Below are positions 36,119 through 48,685 of a stretch of DNA of 64,000 nucleotides, piece after piece (position 1 is the first letter of the stretch; each line of letters opens with the position of its first letter). Position numbers and translations under genes: made by a program. This stretch comes from Camelus dromedarius (taxonomy: Eukaryota). Below the pieces are notes generated by a model that had not been told where the DNA came from, searched no databases, and saw only the letters and a list, made by a program, of their open reading frames with translations. The DNA lies in the NCBI RefSeq assembly GCF_036321535.1, contig NC_087437.1:110982001-111046000 (forward strand). Reading direction: 5' to 3'.

Positions 36119-36634
36119 TGTAATAGGGAAGAACAAATCTGACTCCATGTTAGACCTGTTCCTTTAACTCTAACCCTGTGCTCTGTTTCCTGTGCTTAGC
36201 CATGCTGGTTCTGCACCTTTTGCAAAAGAACGTTGCCTATAGCCTGACATACACAGGACAGCCCATTCTCAAGGCTCAGATCTTAAAGGATATAATACTT
36301 TCCCATTCACACAGAGATAAAAAGTTGCAGAATAGAAAATAACATTTGTCTTGTCGGAGGTTTACAGGGACACCGTGACCTGATCTATGTGGAAATCTGC
36401 AAGAACAAAGGATTCCAACCCCAAGAAGTTTGCAACAACCACACCCCCTCCCCTTTTTAGTATAAACGGAGTCTGAATTCTGACTTGGGGAAGACGGGTC
36501 TCCAGGACGTTAGTCTGTCATCTTCTCGGTCTGCTAGCTTTCCAAATAAAGTCGTTATTCTTTGACCCAGCATCTCGTCTTCCAATTTACTGGCCTGTCA
36601 TGGGGCGAGCAGAACGAGTTTGGACTCGGTAACA
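36119..36634 (+). mobile_element. ERV1-class solo LTR (MER41-like), nested in an old MLT1
   Basis: TG...CA termini, TATAAA near 36461, AATAAA near 36545, end GAGCAGAACGAGTTTGGACTCGGTAACA. 4-bp TSD AGTA/GGTA. Confidence 0.85.
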
Positions 36635-36771
36635 GGTACAGGTATTGTTCATTTCACAAGGAGTCTGGAGGGAGATGGGACACTGGTGTCTTCAAGGATC
36701 CAGGTTTTTTCAACTCTTCTCATGTTTGTTGTTTCATGGTCTTGAATGGTGACACCACTGACCAAGATGAG

Positions 36772-37191
36772 TGTTACAGGCTGAATTGTGTCGCCTCAAC
36801 ACTCATATGTTGAAGTCCTAAACTCTAGGGCCTCAGAATGTGACTGTTTTGGGAGATAGGGTCTTTAAAGAGGCCATTAAAGTAAAATGAGTCATATGAG
36901 TGGCCCTAATCCAATCTGACTAGTGTCCTTATAAGAAGAGGAGGTTGGGCTGCAGGTGCACACAGAGACACACCGGGGACGCAGGCACACAGGAAAAAGA
37001 CCAAGTGAGGACGCAGTGAGAAGGCTGCCGTATACAGGCAAGCCAAGGAGAGGCGTCTCAGAAGAAACCAAACCTGCCGACACCTTGATCTTGGACTTCC
37101 AGCCTCCAGAACAGTGAGAAAATAAATGCCTGTGTTGAAGTCATCCAGCCTGTGGCATTTTGTTATGTCAACCCCCCAGCAGATGAACATA
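36772..37191 (+). mobile_element. MaLR solo LTR (MLT1A/B-like)
   Basis: TGTTACAGGCTGAATTGTGTC...CCCTAATCCAATCTGACTAGTGTCCTTATAAGAAGAGG...GATCTTGGACTTCCAGCCTCCAGAAC. Confidence 0.9.
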
Positions 37192-37194
37192 AGG

Positions 37195-37900
37195 TGGAGT
37201 GCGGGGGAAGAAGAGGCGGGGGTGGGTGAGAGGGAGTGGGAGCCAGGCCTCTGCACGTTGGCTCGAGCTGTTTGTTCACTCATCAGCAGGGGTAGAGGGG
37301 GGTGCTCTTCCGTCCCCGACCCGACCCGCCAATCACACTGTACTCTCTAAGAGACCTCATTCTCCCTGGGACTCCCATTTTCGGGCAGAAGGATTCCCCC
37401 ACCCCCACTAGATCGTGAGCTGCTTGTTCGCCGCTGAACGTTTCACACGGTTGTTTGAAGGGAGCTTTGCTGCTCTTCCACCTACTACAGGATGAATTAT
37501 CTTCCTGTGTCATCGTCCTTTTTCATTCTCCAGGGCACCCACCCCTAGTCCCTCATACTGAATAGGGCCTCATTTATAGCTGTGAACCTTAACAGAATTA
37601 AAGGAAGTGACCATGGGTGGGGGAAGACGTTGTAGGGTCTCCAACTGCTTTGCAGTTAAGTAGAAGCTTGGTCTGGGAGGGAATCGGGCAGCTGGGGTGG
37701 CCCACGTCTCACCCCGCGGTGCAGCACATCTACCAGGAGAATGGGTGGGTGGGGGTGTGTGTGCGTGTGTACGTTTGTGCACGCCCTTGTGAGTCTAACA
37801 AGGCTGTGAGCGAAGAGGCGGGTGGACAGATGGCTGGCCTGGGGTGGGAAGCTAATTTCTCCCTCCCTCCTTCAGGGCGCTTATAGGTTTCCAGGTACGA
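37195..37900. promoter_or_regulatory. GC/CpG-enriched promoter- or enhancer-like region
   Basis: GC boxes (GAGGCGGGGGTGGG), CCAAT near 37329, ETS-type AGGAAGTG near 37602, and locally frequent CpG. Confidence 0.35.
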
Positions 37901-38078
37901 GACTGGCTAAAATAGGCTGACAAACCCTAGGATTTTTTAAAAAAAGACACTGAATTTAATAAGCAGTGGGTCTTAAGGAGCCTAAAGAAGAAAACCTGGA
38001 ATTTCAATGCTTGGCAGCATGAAAAGAAGGGAAGTAGAGCTCAGCTCACACCAGGTATGGTACCTGGATTTCAGAGCC

Positions 38079-38643
38079 TGTTAAAGAAAAAATTATTCTG
38101 ATACTTGTTAAAACTGCAAGGAAGGCTTTATTCAAGACTATCGCCATAGGAACCATATTCAATATCTTGTAGTAACCTATGGTGAAAAAGAATATGAAAA
38201 TGAATATATGCATATTCCTATACGACTGAAGTACTGTGCTTTACATCAGAAATTGACATGACATTGTAAACTGACTATACTTCAATTAAAAAAAAGAAAA
38301 GACTATTGCCATGGGGAGAGAGAGGGCTCAACTCTAAGTACAACAAAAACCAGCGGGGATTGACAGCCACGGAGCAGGGTGACCAGGCCCATGCGTGGAA
38401 AATTACTAAGAGGAAACAGCGTTAAGGGGATTCTTGCTAAACTGACCCGATGGAATCCTAGCTACAGGCAAACCAAGGACTTGTACATCAAGGTTTGGGG
38501 ATGAGGGTTTGGGATTCTCCTTAACGTGACTTAGTAGGATTCTTGCTGAAACTGAGAGGCTGGGGTGCCCGAGGCTGACGCCTAGTTGAGAAGGGAGCTC
38601 AGAGGAACCCGACGGAAGTTTGGTCAAGGAGAACATTTTATCA
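38079..38643 (-). mobile_element. ERV1-class solo LTR (MER67-like) with nested L1 tail
   Basis: TGTTAAAGAAAAAATTATTCTGATACTTGTTAA...GGATTCTTGCTAAACTGAC...GTTTGGTCAAGGAGA...TCA. Confidence 0.75.
38151..38298 (+). mobile_element. Short young L1 3'-end insertion
   Basis: TATTCAATATCTTGTAGTAACCTATGGTGAAAAAG...GACTATACTTCAATTAAAAA. TSD AAGACTAT(C/T)GCCAT(A/G)GG at 38134-38150 and 38299-38315. Confidence 0.9.
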
Positions 38644-38894
38644 ACACAGTTCCACCGATTAGCACTTTAAAACACAGGGCAGGAACTAGAGGGCTAAATA
38701 TGGGCTGAATGCAAATATAAACAGTGTTGTGTAATATCTGTAACCCTGTATAATATTTTACACATTATTTATAAGGTTTTTATATGTTCTAATATTTGTA
38801 ACTACTATTTTTCTTTTCTCTAAGTAGATTTTATAGATGAATAAGAAACCCAAGATCCAGCTCAGCAGAAACCGTATTTAAATTTTCAGTCTCT

Positions 38895-39149
38895 CATTTC
38901 CTGAGAAGTAAACATGTTGATGAATACTGATGAAATCTCATGACAGCGCATCACTGACTTAGATGATTTGGGCCTAAAATTTTCTGAAAGGTTTTACAAT
39001 TATGATTGTGAAATCAGTCTCGTTAATCTTTGATAAATTGTGGAGAAAGAAAGATATAAACAAAAAACCCCTAATTACCTCCCGCCTCCAAAACCAAAAT
39101 AAGAGAAACACCTAAAGGTTAGAGTTGGGCAAAGTTTGTCCCAATTTTC
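38895..39149 (+). mobile_element. CR1/L3 LINE fragment, interrupted by a tail-only Vic-1 at ~39055-39115
   Basis: GTTAATCTTTGATAAATTGTGGAGAA...TGGGCAAAGTTTGTCCCAATTTT resembles the CR1 IFEKSW...ANVVPIF segment. Confidence 0.55.
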
Positions 39150-39313
39150 TTTTTTTTCAAGGATTACTTTATTTTATTTTTATTTGTTAAAGGGATTTTC
39201 TGACCTTTTATTTTATTGTATTTATTTTTTAATGGAGGTACTGGGGATTGAACCCAGGACCTCGTGCGTGCTAAGCATGTGCTCTACCACTGAGCCACTA
39301 CCATCCCCACCCC
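39150..39313 (-). mobile_element. Vic-1-type SINE with long tail
   Basis: TSD CCCAATTTTC at 39140-39149 and 39314-39323. Confidence 0.9.
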
Positions 39314-40138
39314 CCCAATTTTCCATACACTCTGGTTCCATTCATAGAATGCTCAATAGCTCAACTATGTGACTTAGAAATACAACAGAAAATTACTAGA
39401 ACTATGAAGAAAGCAGGGGGGTGAATTCCACTAAAGCCAGGACAGCGGTTCCCCACAGGGGATGGAGGGGATTCCTCTTAGGAGAGACACACGGTGGGTT
39501 TCTGGGATTCTCCCAACACTCAGCTTACTGATGGCGGGTAATTTCAGGAATGTTTGAAATCTAAATCGTCAAGAAGCCCAAATCAGGATGATGACATTTA
39601 TCAAGAGATAAATGAGAAGCCCTCTATTTAGAATTATTTTTTTAAATGCACAAGGTCAGCTGGACATCTGGAAGGAACTCTGCTGTAGGGTCAGGGGATC
39701 GGGGCTTTGCCGCTGCTACTACTGTGTCTTCAGTAAATCACCACTTCTTCGGATCACAGTATCTTCATCTGCATGGTAAGGGGTTTAGCTGGGTAATACT
39801 GGATTAATCTAATGATTGGGTTTGGTAATCTTTTGCCATATAGTGATTTTTGGTAATAACATTTCATCTGTACACAAATCTTTAAAGCCTAAAGTCGAAA
39901 TGGCACCAGGTGAGCTGGTGAGGACTGGTACCACTGGCCTTGCCCACAGTGTATACCACACACGCACACAAGTATACATTTATATAGTAAACATAAATAT
40001 TATATGTGTATGTAATGATTATAAATGAAAATATCATATATAATATTTATGAATCATTTGCTTTTCATCCCATTTTACTGTAGTCACCCAGAATAGACCA
40101 CATTATCCAATAAAAGTTTGTAAATAATAAACTTCCAA

Positions 40139-40282
40139 ATATATTTGATATCTTGTAGTAGCTTATGGTGAAAAAGAATATGAAAATGAATATATGTATA
40201 TTCATGTATAACAGAAACATTGTGCTGTACACCAGAAATTGACACAAAATTGTAAACTGAATATACCTCAATAAAAAAAAAA
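40139..40282 (+). mobile_element. Short young L1 3'-end insertion
   Basis: Same L1 tail as 38151-38298, flanked by AAACTTC(C/T)AA on both sides. Confidence 0.85.
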
Positions 40283-40694
40283 ACTTCTAATGAGAAAAAT
40301 CGATGTTGGAACATTTTATCAACATTTCCCAAAACACACTGGTTAGTTATTAAGGAGTAAAATAATAAAACAGGATCCCGGTGCCCCAGGTCTGAACCAC
40401 TGTTATCAAAATATAACTGGCCTCCTTGTCTTACTGAAAGGATTAAATGAAGTGATCCAAGCCAAGTGCCAGTGAGTTCTTACAGTAGTATATTTTTTCT
40501 TCATCTACTCGTAGCCAAAACTACAAGCTAAAATCCTCTTTGCTATCAAAGAAGAAAATTTAAGGAAACAAATCAGAGCTGGATACTGAGGCTGCCCATC
40601 TTTGAGGGGAAAACACTCATATGAAGACGCCAGAGTGAGAGAGAAGGAAAGAGCTGCACACGTTGTTTCCATTTCACCTTAATCTTTAGTTGAG

Positions 40695-40782
40695 GAGGAA
40701 ATGGAATTTCCCCCAAATCAATGAGTCAGCAATGACTAGGTCACTGAGACAACTGTGAGGTGGTGGTGCCACCTGCTGGTCA
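40695..40782. promoter_or_regulatory. Candidate inducible enhancer: kB site, MARE/ARE and CTCF motif
   Basis: GGAATTTCCCC (40703-40713), ATGAGTCAGCA (40721-40731) and TGGTGCCACCTGCTGG (40764-40779). Confidence 0.5.
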
Positions 40783-41169
40783 CAAAGCAGCAATTCTGTG
40801 ACAAGTGATGCTGGATTTCTGGGGCAGGGCTGTGGTAAGGAAAAAATTAATGATTAATGTTTTTCTTTGCATTTCCCTACAACCAGTCTTCTCCAGTACT
40901 TGTGTGCCCAGTGGAGTATTAACAGTGTTCGCACAAGGCAATTTCTGATGCCCACCAATGTTATATTTTGCACTTGCCCTTATGAAAATGTGGGGAAACA
41001 CAAGAACCTTGTTTTCACAGGACAGTGTGGTTGAAAGAAAATGGAGTTAATCACTAAAGTTTTAATTCCAGTTCATCAGCTGGCTGGGTGGTGTTGGGTG
41101 AATGACTTAAGTGCTCTTAGCTTCCTTTCCTCTGATATAAAAATGGAGCTATTAATAGGGTCTTTGACA

Positions 41170-41378
41170 CACATTACTATATATAAAATAGATAAACAAC
41201 AAGGACCTACTGTATAGCACAGGGAACTATATTCAGTTTCTTGTAATGGGCTGTAATGGAGAAGAATCTGAAAAATATATACACATGTATATGTATAATT
41301 GATTCACTTTGCTGTACACCTGAAACTAACATTGTAAATCGAATACAGTTCAGTAGAAATTAAAAAAAACAATAAAAA
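41170..41378 (+). mobile_element. Short L1 3'-end insertion within a MIR
   Basis: AAACAACAAGGACCTACTGTATAGCACAGGGAACTATATTCA...GCTGTACACCTGAAACTAAC. Confidence 0.85.
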
Positions 41379-41939
41379 GGCTCTTTGAATAGGGTCTGGC
41401 TTCACCTGGCGGTGATGGCATGTCTTGATAACTTTCAAAGGGAAAAACAGTTTCCAGAGCCTCAACTTCCATTTACTCTCCTTCTCAGGTTGATCTGTCG
41501 ACAGCTAGTGTGGATAAAGTGTCAGGTTGGTTTTCAGCCTCCCTCCCCCTTTGTAATTGCTCTTCTCCCACTTTACAGAGGAAGGCATCCCTGTTACCTA
41601 CCCTCGCTCTCACTAAAGTGCCCTGACCTGGGAGCAGGGGACCCTCCAGGCACCAAAGGGGAAACAGCAGTATCTGTGCGGCCCGATAGAAATGACTGAT
41701 GACGGAGTCCTGATGAGTGAGGGCATTTCCCATTCGTTGTCTTAAACAGAATTAGAGGAGGACCTAACTGAATTGCCCATTAATAGAGCATTAAAATTAA
41801 TTTTGATGAAAGACCACTTAATGATTCCCGGCATATTATGCTGAAGGAATTTAAAGAATTGAATGGCATGGCTGTCACAAAACTCCTTCTAGACCATCTT
41901 CTGATTTATATGAAGCCAGTTTCTCAGAGCATCCATCTT

Positions 41940-42425
41940 TTTAAAAAAAATTATTAACTAATTTTAGATTCACAGGAAGTTACAACGATAATACAGAGAG
42001 GTCTGATGTATCCTTTGCCAGCTTCCCCCGATGGTTAACCTTCTGCTGCTGCAGTGCAACACCAAAGCCAGGAAACTGACACCGGTGCGATGTATGTGGG
42101 TAGTTCTGTGCCGTTTATCACGTGTGCAGATTCACATCACCACCACCACAGTCACGGCACAGAACCACGCCATCGCCATGAAGATCTTCCTTGTGCTGCT
42201 CCTTCATTGCCACGTACACCTCCCCGCCCGCCACCATTGCTAACCCCCACCAACCACTCATTTGTTCTCCATCTCTGCACAATGTCACTTCCAGAGAGAC
42301 GGAATTATACAGTATCTGACTTTTTGAGATTGATTTATTTCAGTCATCATAATGCCCTTGAAATTCATCCAAGTTGTGGCATGAGTCAATTTTTTTTTAC
42401 TGCTGAGTAGTTTTCCACAGTAGTT
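41940..42425 (-). mobile_element. Old L1 (L1MC/MD-like) 3' UTR
   Basis: TTTTAGATTCACAGGAAGTTACAA...AACCACTCATTTGTTCTCCATCTCT...AAATTCATCCAAGTTGT. Confidence 0.75.
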
Positions 42426-43437
42426 TTATACATGAAAAGTGGGGATAGAATTGGTGCCAAAGTCTGATTCATTCTAGCAGTAAGTAATTTTAATTACCAA
42501 CTAGATAAACTCATTGTCACCAAAAAATTATCCATCTTTTTAAGATATGTATTTCTAATACAATTACTTTTTGCTTCCTAATTGTCAATATTTTTGTTGT
42601 TTTAATAGATTGTACACTACTAATTATTGTCACTATAAATTGATCCAAATTAAGGAAAGAGTAAATCTTATGACCTTGTGATTATAGGAGGTGGAAAATA
42701 TTTAAATTTATACAATTTCACTGCAGAGAAATAATGGGTGATCAACAAAAGATCTTCCAGCATGTATTCTATTAGGATAGAATTCTGTGGGGGATGTAGA
42801 ACAGAAATACAAGTTGAAGGAGGAAAGGAATGATGCAAAATTTCTAACTCTTAAAAGAGTTTGTTCACTATTCTGTAAATGGTTCAAATAATGATGATTA
42901 TTAAATCAATGTGATATTAAGGTTCCACTAGACACATTTAAAAGTGATCTGAGAGATTTTGTTTGTTTGTGTGGGTAAAAACACTTAACATGAGATCTAC
43001 TGTTTTAACAAATTTTTATGTGTACAATACAGAACAGCTAACTATAAGCACAGTGTCATGCAGCAGGCAGACCTCTAGAACTTACCCATCTTGCATAAGT
43101 GGAAATTCATACCTGAAAAAGTGGTATGAATTTTATTTGAAAATGTCAACATCTACAGTATGGGAGAAATTACATCTTTTGCAATAACTTAAACTTAACA
43201 TGAAAAATGATTTTTTAAATATTAAAACTTTAAAAAGCATATGGGGGAACACAATTTTTTTTCAAAATTCTTTTAGGATATATGTGACATTCGTTGTCAC
43301 CACTATCAAATGGTTTTGGCAAAGTGATTTTGGACATCTATGAGGTAATGAAATGAATGTAACATAAATCAGGTGGCCCTGTTACCTAACAGTTTTCCCA
43401 TAAATGTTCACTGGTATCCTGTTAAGAAATCAGTCTG

Positions 43438-43975
43438 TACTAGTTGGGATAATTTCAGTGGGAGTAACCAAAATCTGACTCACTGGATTAAGCAGAAAAG
43501 AGAATTTATTGGCCTAAAAACTAAAAGGCTGGTGTGGCTTGATCCATATGCTTGGTTGGTAAATTCAGGAATCCATTTCTCTTCAGCTGCTCCAGCTCTA
43601 CTTTCTTCCCTGATGGTTTCACGCAGGGGCAGGGTAGCCTTGGTCTCCCATCCTCCCAATTAGGCAACTGCGGTGGGATGAAAGCTTCCCTTCCCCAAAA
43701 GGTCCAATGAAATTATAGGAATTGAGTTTTACTGGTCTGGCTTTGGATCATGTACCCATCCCTGAGCCAATGACCGTGGCCCTAGAAATGGAGTGCCCTG
43801 ATTGGCTCACTCTGGGTCATGTGCCCACCCCTGAAGCTGGGGAATGGGCCAGCCCCACTCAGACCCCAGGCACTGAGAGTGAAGGAGTGGAGGAAGATCA
43901 AGAATTCTACCAGAAGAGAGAATGGACAGTGGAGGAGCCAGAGAGACAGACAGAACTTCTGTACCATCTATCAGT
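43438..43975 (-). mobile_element. Old MaLR/ERVL LTR (MLT1K-like)
   Basis: GGATCATGTACCCATCCCTGAGCCAATGACCGTGGCC...GATTGGCTCACTCTGGGTCATGTGCCCACCCCTG. Confidence 0.65.
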
Positions 43976-44109
43976 AGAAACTCACTGCATTTTAGGGGTC
44001 ACAGACATATAAAAGTCATGGATCTGGTTCGTTATTAAAGTATGTTTTGAATGAATTAATATAAAGTGCTGAGAATAGTGCCTAGGACAAAGCAAGTACT
44101 GGTTAACGA

Positions 44110-44470
44110 GTGTCCTGGGTCAGGCTGCCCAGGAGCAGAGCCTGAGATTCTTGCTCTAGGATTTATTGAGGGGAGGCTCTCAGGGGGAGGGGAGGGAGGA
44201 CACGGCAGGCTGATCCCGCAGGAAGCTCTGGTATGAGTGGCACCTCAGAGCTGGTTCCACTTGGAGCGGGGGGCTGGCCTTTGGTCCACCTGTGTCAGGG
44301 GGCCACCAGCTGTGGGCTGGGGGAGCCCAACGTCCCGTGCCCTGTGCTCCTGTGCCTAGGGGGCAATTCTCTGAAGAAGGGGTAGCTGCGAACCGTGGCC
44401 GACGCTCATGGCACAACCGACCTAGCAGGGAATCTGGGCAAGCCATCAACAGCGTCTGCTGCAGCCCCTG
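44110..44470 (-). mobile_element. ERVL LTR16-like fragment
   Basis: GGGTCAGGCTGCCCAGGAGCAGAGCCTGAGA...ATTTATTGAGGGGAGGCTCTCAGG...GGGGGCAATTCTCTGAAGAAGGG. Confidence 0.55.
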
Positions 44471-45624
44471 CCTTTATTTGTGCTGAGGGAGCAGAAGCAA
44501 AGGTAAATGAGGACGAGGTTTTGTGTTCCATGTAGGAAGTCCATTTTCACTTAAGCAAAATGGAAGGAGAAAAAGTGTCCCTCTGGAGTGCTCCTGACCG
44601 TCAATGGAGAGGGATCTCAGAGGAGGAGAGCCCAGCAGGTCAGCTAGAGGGCTCGGAGAAGGGTCTAGAAAAAATGGAACTTGAGCTGTCACTCCAAGGG
44701 CTGAGAAAGCTCTGGATGATTGGGAGAAGAGAGGAAGCAAGATGACTGATGGAATCAGTGCTTTCCAGCAGCTTATACTCAATTGGTGGACCTCTGACAG
44801 GAGATGGATGGGGGCCAGGTAGGTCCATGCATACGCAAGATTTCAGTGAGTAGAAAGGAGGGTCTCCGGGTAGGCAGAGAGGATCACGTGACACAGTCAC
44901 CCTCAACTTCCTGACAGTGATCCTTGGAGCGACACATTTGTCATCACTGAGTCACAGATGAGAATACTGAGGCACAGAGAGGTTAAGCTTTTGCCCAAAG
45001 TTGTACAGCTGGTAAGTAGTGGCACTCAGGCCATCTGGTTCTAAGTTGGCACTTGGATCCTCCATGCTGAACTCCCCACCTTGATGACGGCGGGGGCATT
45101 GGAAGAGCAGCATAGCCCAGGCTGGGTGGCCACTGAGTCTGGGGAAGACAGCATCAGAGTGAGCAGGAAGGCAGCCCCACCTGGGCAGGGGACAGGCATT
45201 GCCCAAACCTCAGCCTAAGTCTTCTGCAGCCCTGCTCCAGCCTGAGGGATGAACCGCCAGCTGGGGAACTGGGTTGGCAGGGTGGGAACCTGAGCGGAGG
45301 AGAGGGCGGAGGGAGAGCTAGGAAGACAGGGCTTGGGAAGAAGGAAAAGCCTGGGGCCAGGAATGCAAGAGGGAAAGGGCTTCAGGGGAGTGGTGATCAA
45401 ATGATTTCCCAGTGTACTCAGCCTGGGCCCCTGACCAGTCTGAACCAGACTGGACCAGTTCAGTGCCCCTGACGCTGCTGGGGACCAGAGAGGGAAGCCA
45501 GGTTCAACGGTTAGGCCCAGAGGACCCAGGTAGAGGCCCCACGTGGAAGGGAGGGCGATGGAGCAGAGACAGGACTTGGCTGCACATCTACTTTGGAAGC
45601 AGCTGGGAGGTTTCCATTTTGTTT

Positions 45625-46790
45625 TCATTCTTTTTTATTGTGGTAAAATATCCACTTTATAAAATTTGCCATTTTAGCTATTTTTTAATGTACAGCTTAA
45701 TGACTTTAGGTACATTCATCTGGTTGTACAACCATCACCACCATCCATCTCTAGAACTTTTCATCATCCCAGATGGAAACTCTATACCCATTAAACAGTA
45801 ACTCCCAGTCTCCTGTCCCCTCAGCTCTAGGTAATCTCTGTTTTACTTTCTGTGTCTATGAACTTGCCCGTTCTAGGCACCACATATAAGTGGAATCACA
45901 CAGTATTGGTCCTTTTGTGACCGGCTCATTTCGCTCAGCATAATGCCTTCAAGGTTCGTCCATGTGGTAGCATGTAGTGTAAACACCTGACATTAAGCTT
46001 TTGATTGTTGAGGCATCCGTTTTAAAAGACATTGTTTTGAAAAAGCACATTGCCCACTGCAACACAGCTACTGGGAAAACCACCAGATGAGGAAGTAGGT
46101 CTGCCCTACCGATGCAGGTCCCCTTTTAGAAAGCCCTGGACAACCTAGGAAACCGACCACTTCAGTGACCTGCCTCCATGTTCCTGGGCCCTGATTCCCC
46201 CTCTGATGCTTCAGAGTAGCCAGCAGACAGTGATGACCCTAGCCAACAGCCAAAACCCTAGACACCTCACCCTCAGACCCCAATAAAGGCAGAGCCCCAG
46301 ATCTGCACTCACGTTCTCTCAACCCATGTGCTCACTGTGTGAGCCTCAGTGCGCCGTGAACCTCCAGGACCTGGGAGTGATGAACCTTGCTCTTGGCCCT
46401 GGTGGGAAGCTCCTGCTTGTGTTCCTAGCCCAGAGCATGACCATCAATAGGCTGGGACTGACACAGCACAGCAGGTATCAAAATTGTATTTTTTTAAGCT
46501 GAATAATATTCCGTTGCATGGATCTATATCACCTTTTGTTTATCCATTCATCTGCAGATGGACATTTGGGTTGTTTCCAGCTTCAGGTATCGCTATGAAC
46601 ACAGGGGTACATTGATCTGTTTGAGACTCTGCTTTCAGTTCCTTCGGGAACACCCAGGAGTGGAACTGCTGGATCATACAGTAATTCTGTGTTAAACTGT
46701 TTCCCACAGTGGCTGCACCATTTTACCCTCCTACTGGCAACGCACAAGTCTTCCAGGTTCTCCACCTCCTCAACAGCACTCGCGCTTTTC
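45625..46790 (-). mobile_element. L1MB-like 3' end split by an LTR
   Basis: TTTTTTATTGTGGTAAAATAT...AGAACTTTTCATCATCCCAGATGGAAACTCT...GATGGACATTTGGGTTGTTTCC...GGAACTGCTGGATCATA. Confidence 0.9.
45973..46468 (+). mobile_element. ERVL-class solo LTR (MER74/MER54-like) nested in L1
   Basis: TG...CA termini, AATAAA near 46282, 5-bp TSD TAGCA/CAGCA. L1 sequence is continuous on both sides. Confidence 0.75.
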
Positions 46791-46844
46791 TGTGGGGAGA
46801 GTTTTGAGCTGCACGTGCCAGCCTGCACTTCAAGGGGGCGGAAC

Positions 46845-47380
46845 TGTTGCAAGAAAATAGGGCTTGAGAAGATGGTCGTGTCCCAAGTCTCAGGCGAGTC
46901 CCTGGGACGCACCCCACCAAGTGAGGGTCCTTGGCTTCTCCAGGAAGGAATTCAAGAGCAAACCACAGTAAAGTGAAAGCAGGTTTATTCAGGGAGTTAA
47001 ACACTCCATAGACAGAGTGTGGGCATCTCAGAAGGCAAGAGGCCCCAGGGTAAAGGGCTGTTAGTTTCTATGTGCTGGGTAATTTCATAGGCTAACAAGT
47101 GGAAGGATTATTCCAACTATCTGGGGGATGGGGCAGGGATTTCCTGGAACTGGGCCACCAGCTACTTTGAGGCCTTTTATGGGCAGCCTCAGAACTGTCA
47201 TGGCACCTGTGGGGGTGCCGTTTAGCAGCCAATGTATTACAGTGAGCACACGAGCTCAAGGTCTACTGGAGCTCAAATCTCCTGCCATCTTGGGCCTAGT
47301 TGGTTCTAACCAGTTTATGTCCTATCCTCAATGGCTGTGTCATTCTTTTCATGGTTGTGTCCCCCTTACCTCCTGTCTCA
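46845..47380 (-). mobile_element. ERV1-class solo LTR (family A, 5' end TGAGACAGGAGG; LTR39/MER101-like)
   Basis: TG...CA termini, TTTATT on the plus strand, 4-bp TSD GAAC/GAAT. Homologous to 61318-61954 and 62059-62554. Confidence 0.85.
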
Positions 47381-47758
47381 GAATCAGAACTGACAGTGGT
47401 GAATTCCTTACCTAGTTACTCTCTCTCTTTCCTCACCTTGCTTCCTCCCTTCCCTTCTCCTGAGAGCCCCCCTCATAGAACCTGCAGGAGTGATTTTGGT
47501 GTGTAGGTAGAATGAAGAAGCACCACCACAGCCCCTCTTAGTGGCCCCAAGGCACAACCCCACCCCCCACAAACCTGTCTCCTCAAGGACACTGCCACTG
47601 GGAGGTTAACGCCTCCTTAGGTATCAGCATTTCTAGGTTCACAAGTGCAGGTGACAACTCACTTTAACCAGATTTGTTGGGGGTAGGCAATGCTTCCTAA
47701 GACACTAGTTGAAAGGGCTTTGAGCATCTGTGAAGCACCTGAAACACATTACAACGCT

Positions 47759-48198
47759 GTGTGAGTTATTCTCCATTTGCCCCTCCAAACCCATCCCATT
47801 CCCTGCCCTTCTCAGCCCTGCTCTGTGCCTCAGGGGGGCTGAGCCCCATAGATGAATTATTGGAGTTTCCCTCTCCTTTGGCCTCCTTTTGGGCTTGAAG
47901 AGAGAGAGGTACTAAGAAGAGGTCAGAGAACGGGAGGAGAGAGGGGCCAGGGTATTTCTTCCCTAGACTTCCCGCTTCGTGCGGCAAGTCTGGCTCCTCT
48001 CTGGCTCCAGCTCTCACCAGGCTAGGTAAGTTTCTTTCCCTTGTCTCTACTATTGTTACTGGTCTCTAAGGGTTTCTCCATCTTCCTTTGTATCCGTTAA
48101 CCCTACACCCTATTCTGAAAGTGAATGCTTTGCTAAGTTCTTTCTAGAATTCCATCTGAGTGCAACTTCAGTTTCCAGCTGGGACTCTTGACTATACA
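47759..48198 (+). mobile_element. ERVL LTR33/LTR16-like solo LTR
   Basis: TCCATTTGCCCCTCCAAACCCA...CCCTGCTCTGTGCCTCAGG...CTGGGACTCTTGACTATACA. Confidence 0.65.
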
Positions 48199-48305
48199 GA
48201 CACCCAGACTTACAGCCACGTGAGAAAGCTATGCCCCAGGGCAAGGGCAGGAAAGGGTCACAGAATTGTGGTCTGATTTCTCTGCCTTTTATTAGTCATT
48301 AATCT

Positions 48306-48685
48306 TGTGAAATAAAATTCATATTTTTATGGCAAGACAAGAAAAATTTAAACATAAAAACTTCTTCCCTGCCCTTTGCCCTTCTCTCTCCCTCACTGTG
48401 CGCTGTGTGCCTGCATTACGCATCGACCAGACCTCCCCATCAGCAGAAACACCCGCTCAACCATAAAGAGCAGCATTCTCCTGCAGCAACAAGCCCGCTC
48501 CTTAAAGATAACATTCCTTCTTGATCTTAAAAGGGGTCGCATGATCCACCAAGATGACACTTAGATCTGGATTATGTAAACTATCAATAACATGTCATTT
48601 GATGTACAGCTCTCTGTCTCAAAAAACTTATATAACTGTGCCTTGATTTCTAACCAGGAGAACAGTTTTCAGAGCTTTCCGAAGT
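48306..48685 (+). mobile_element. ERV1-class LTR (family B, MER34/MER39-like), 3'-truncated
   Basis: TGTGAAATAAAATTCATATTTTTATGGCAAGA..., homologous to 58680-59619 and 61988-62955. Confidence 0.8.

Noticed and set aside
37611..37663. Good Kozak ACCATGG in the CpG-rich region
   Set aside because: The frame closes after 16 codons (MGGGRRCRVSNCFAVK).
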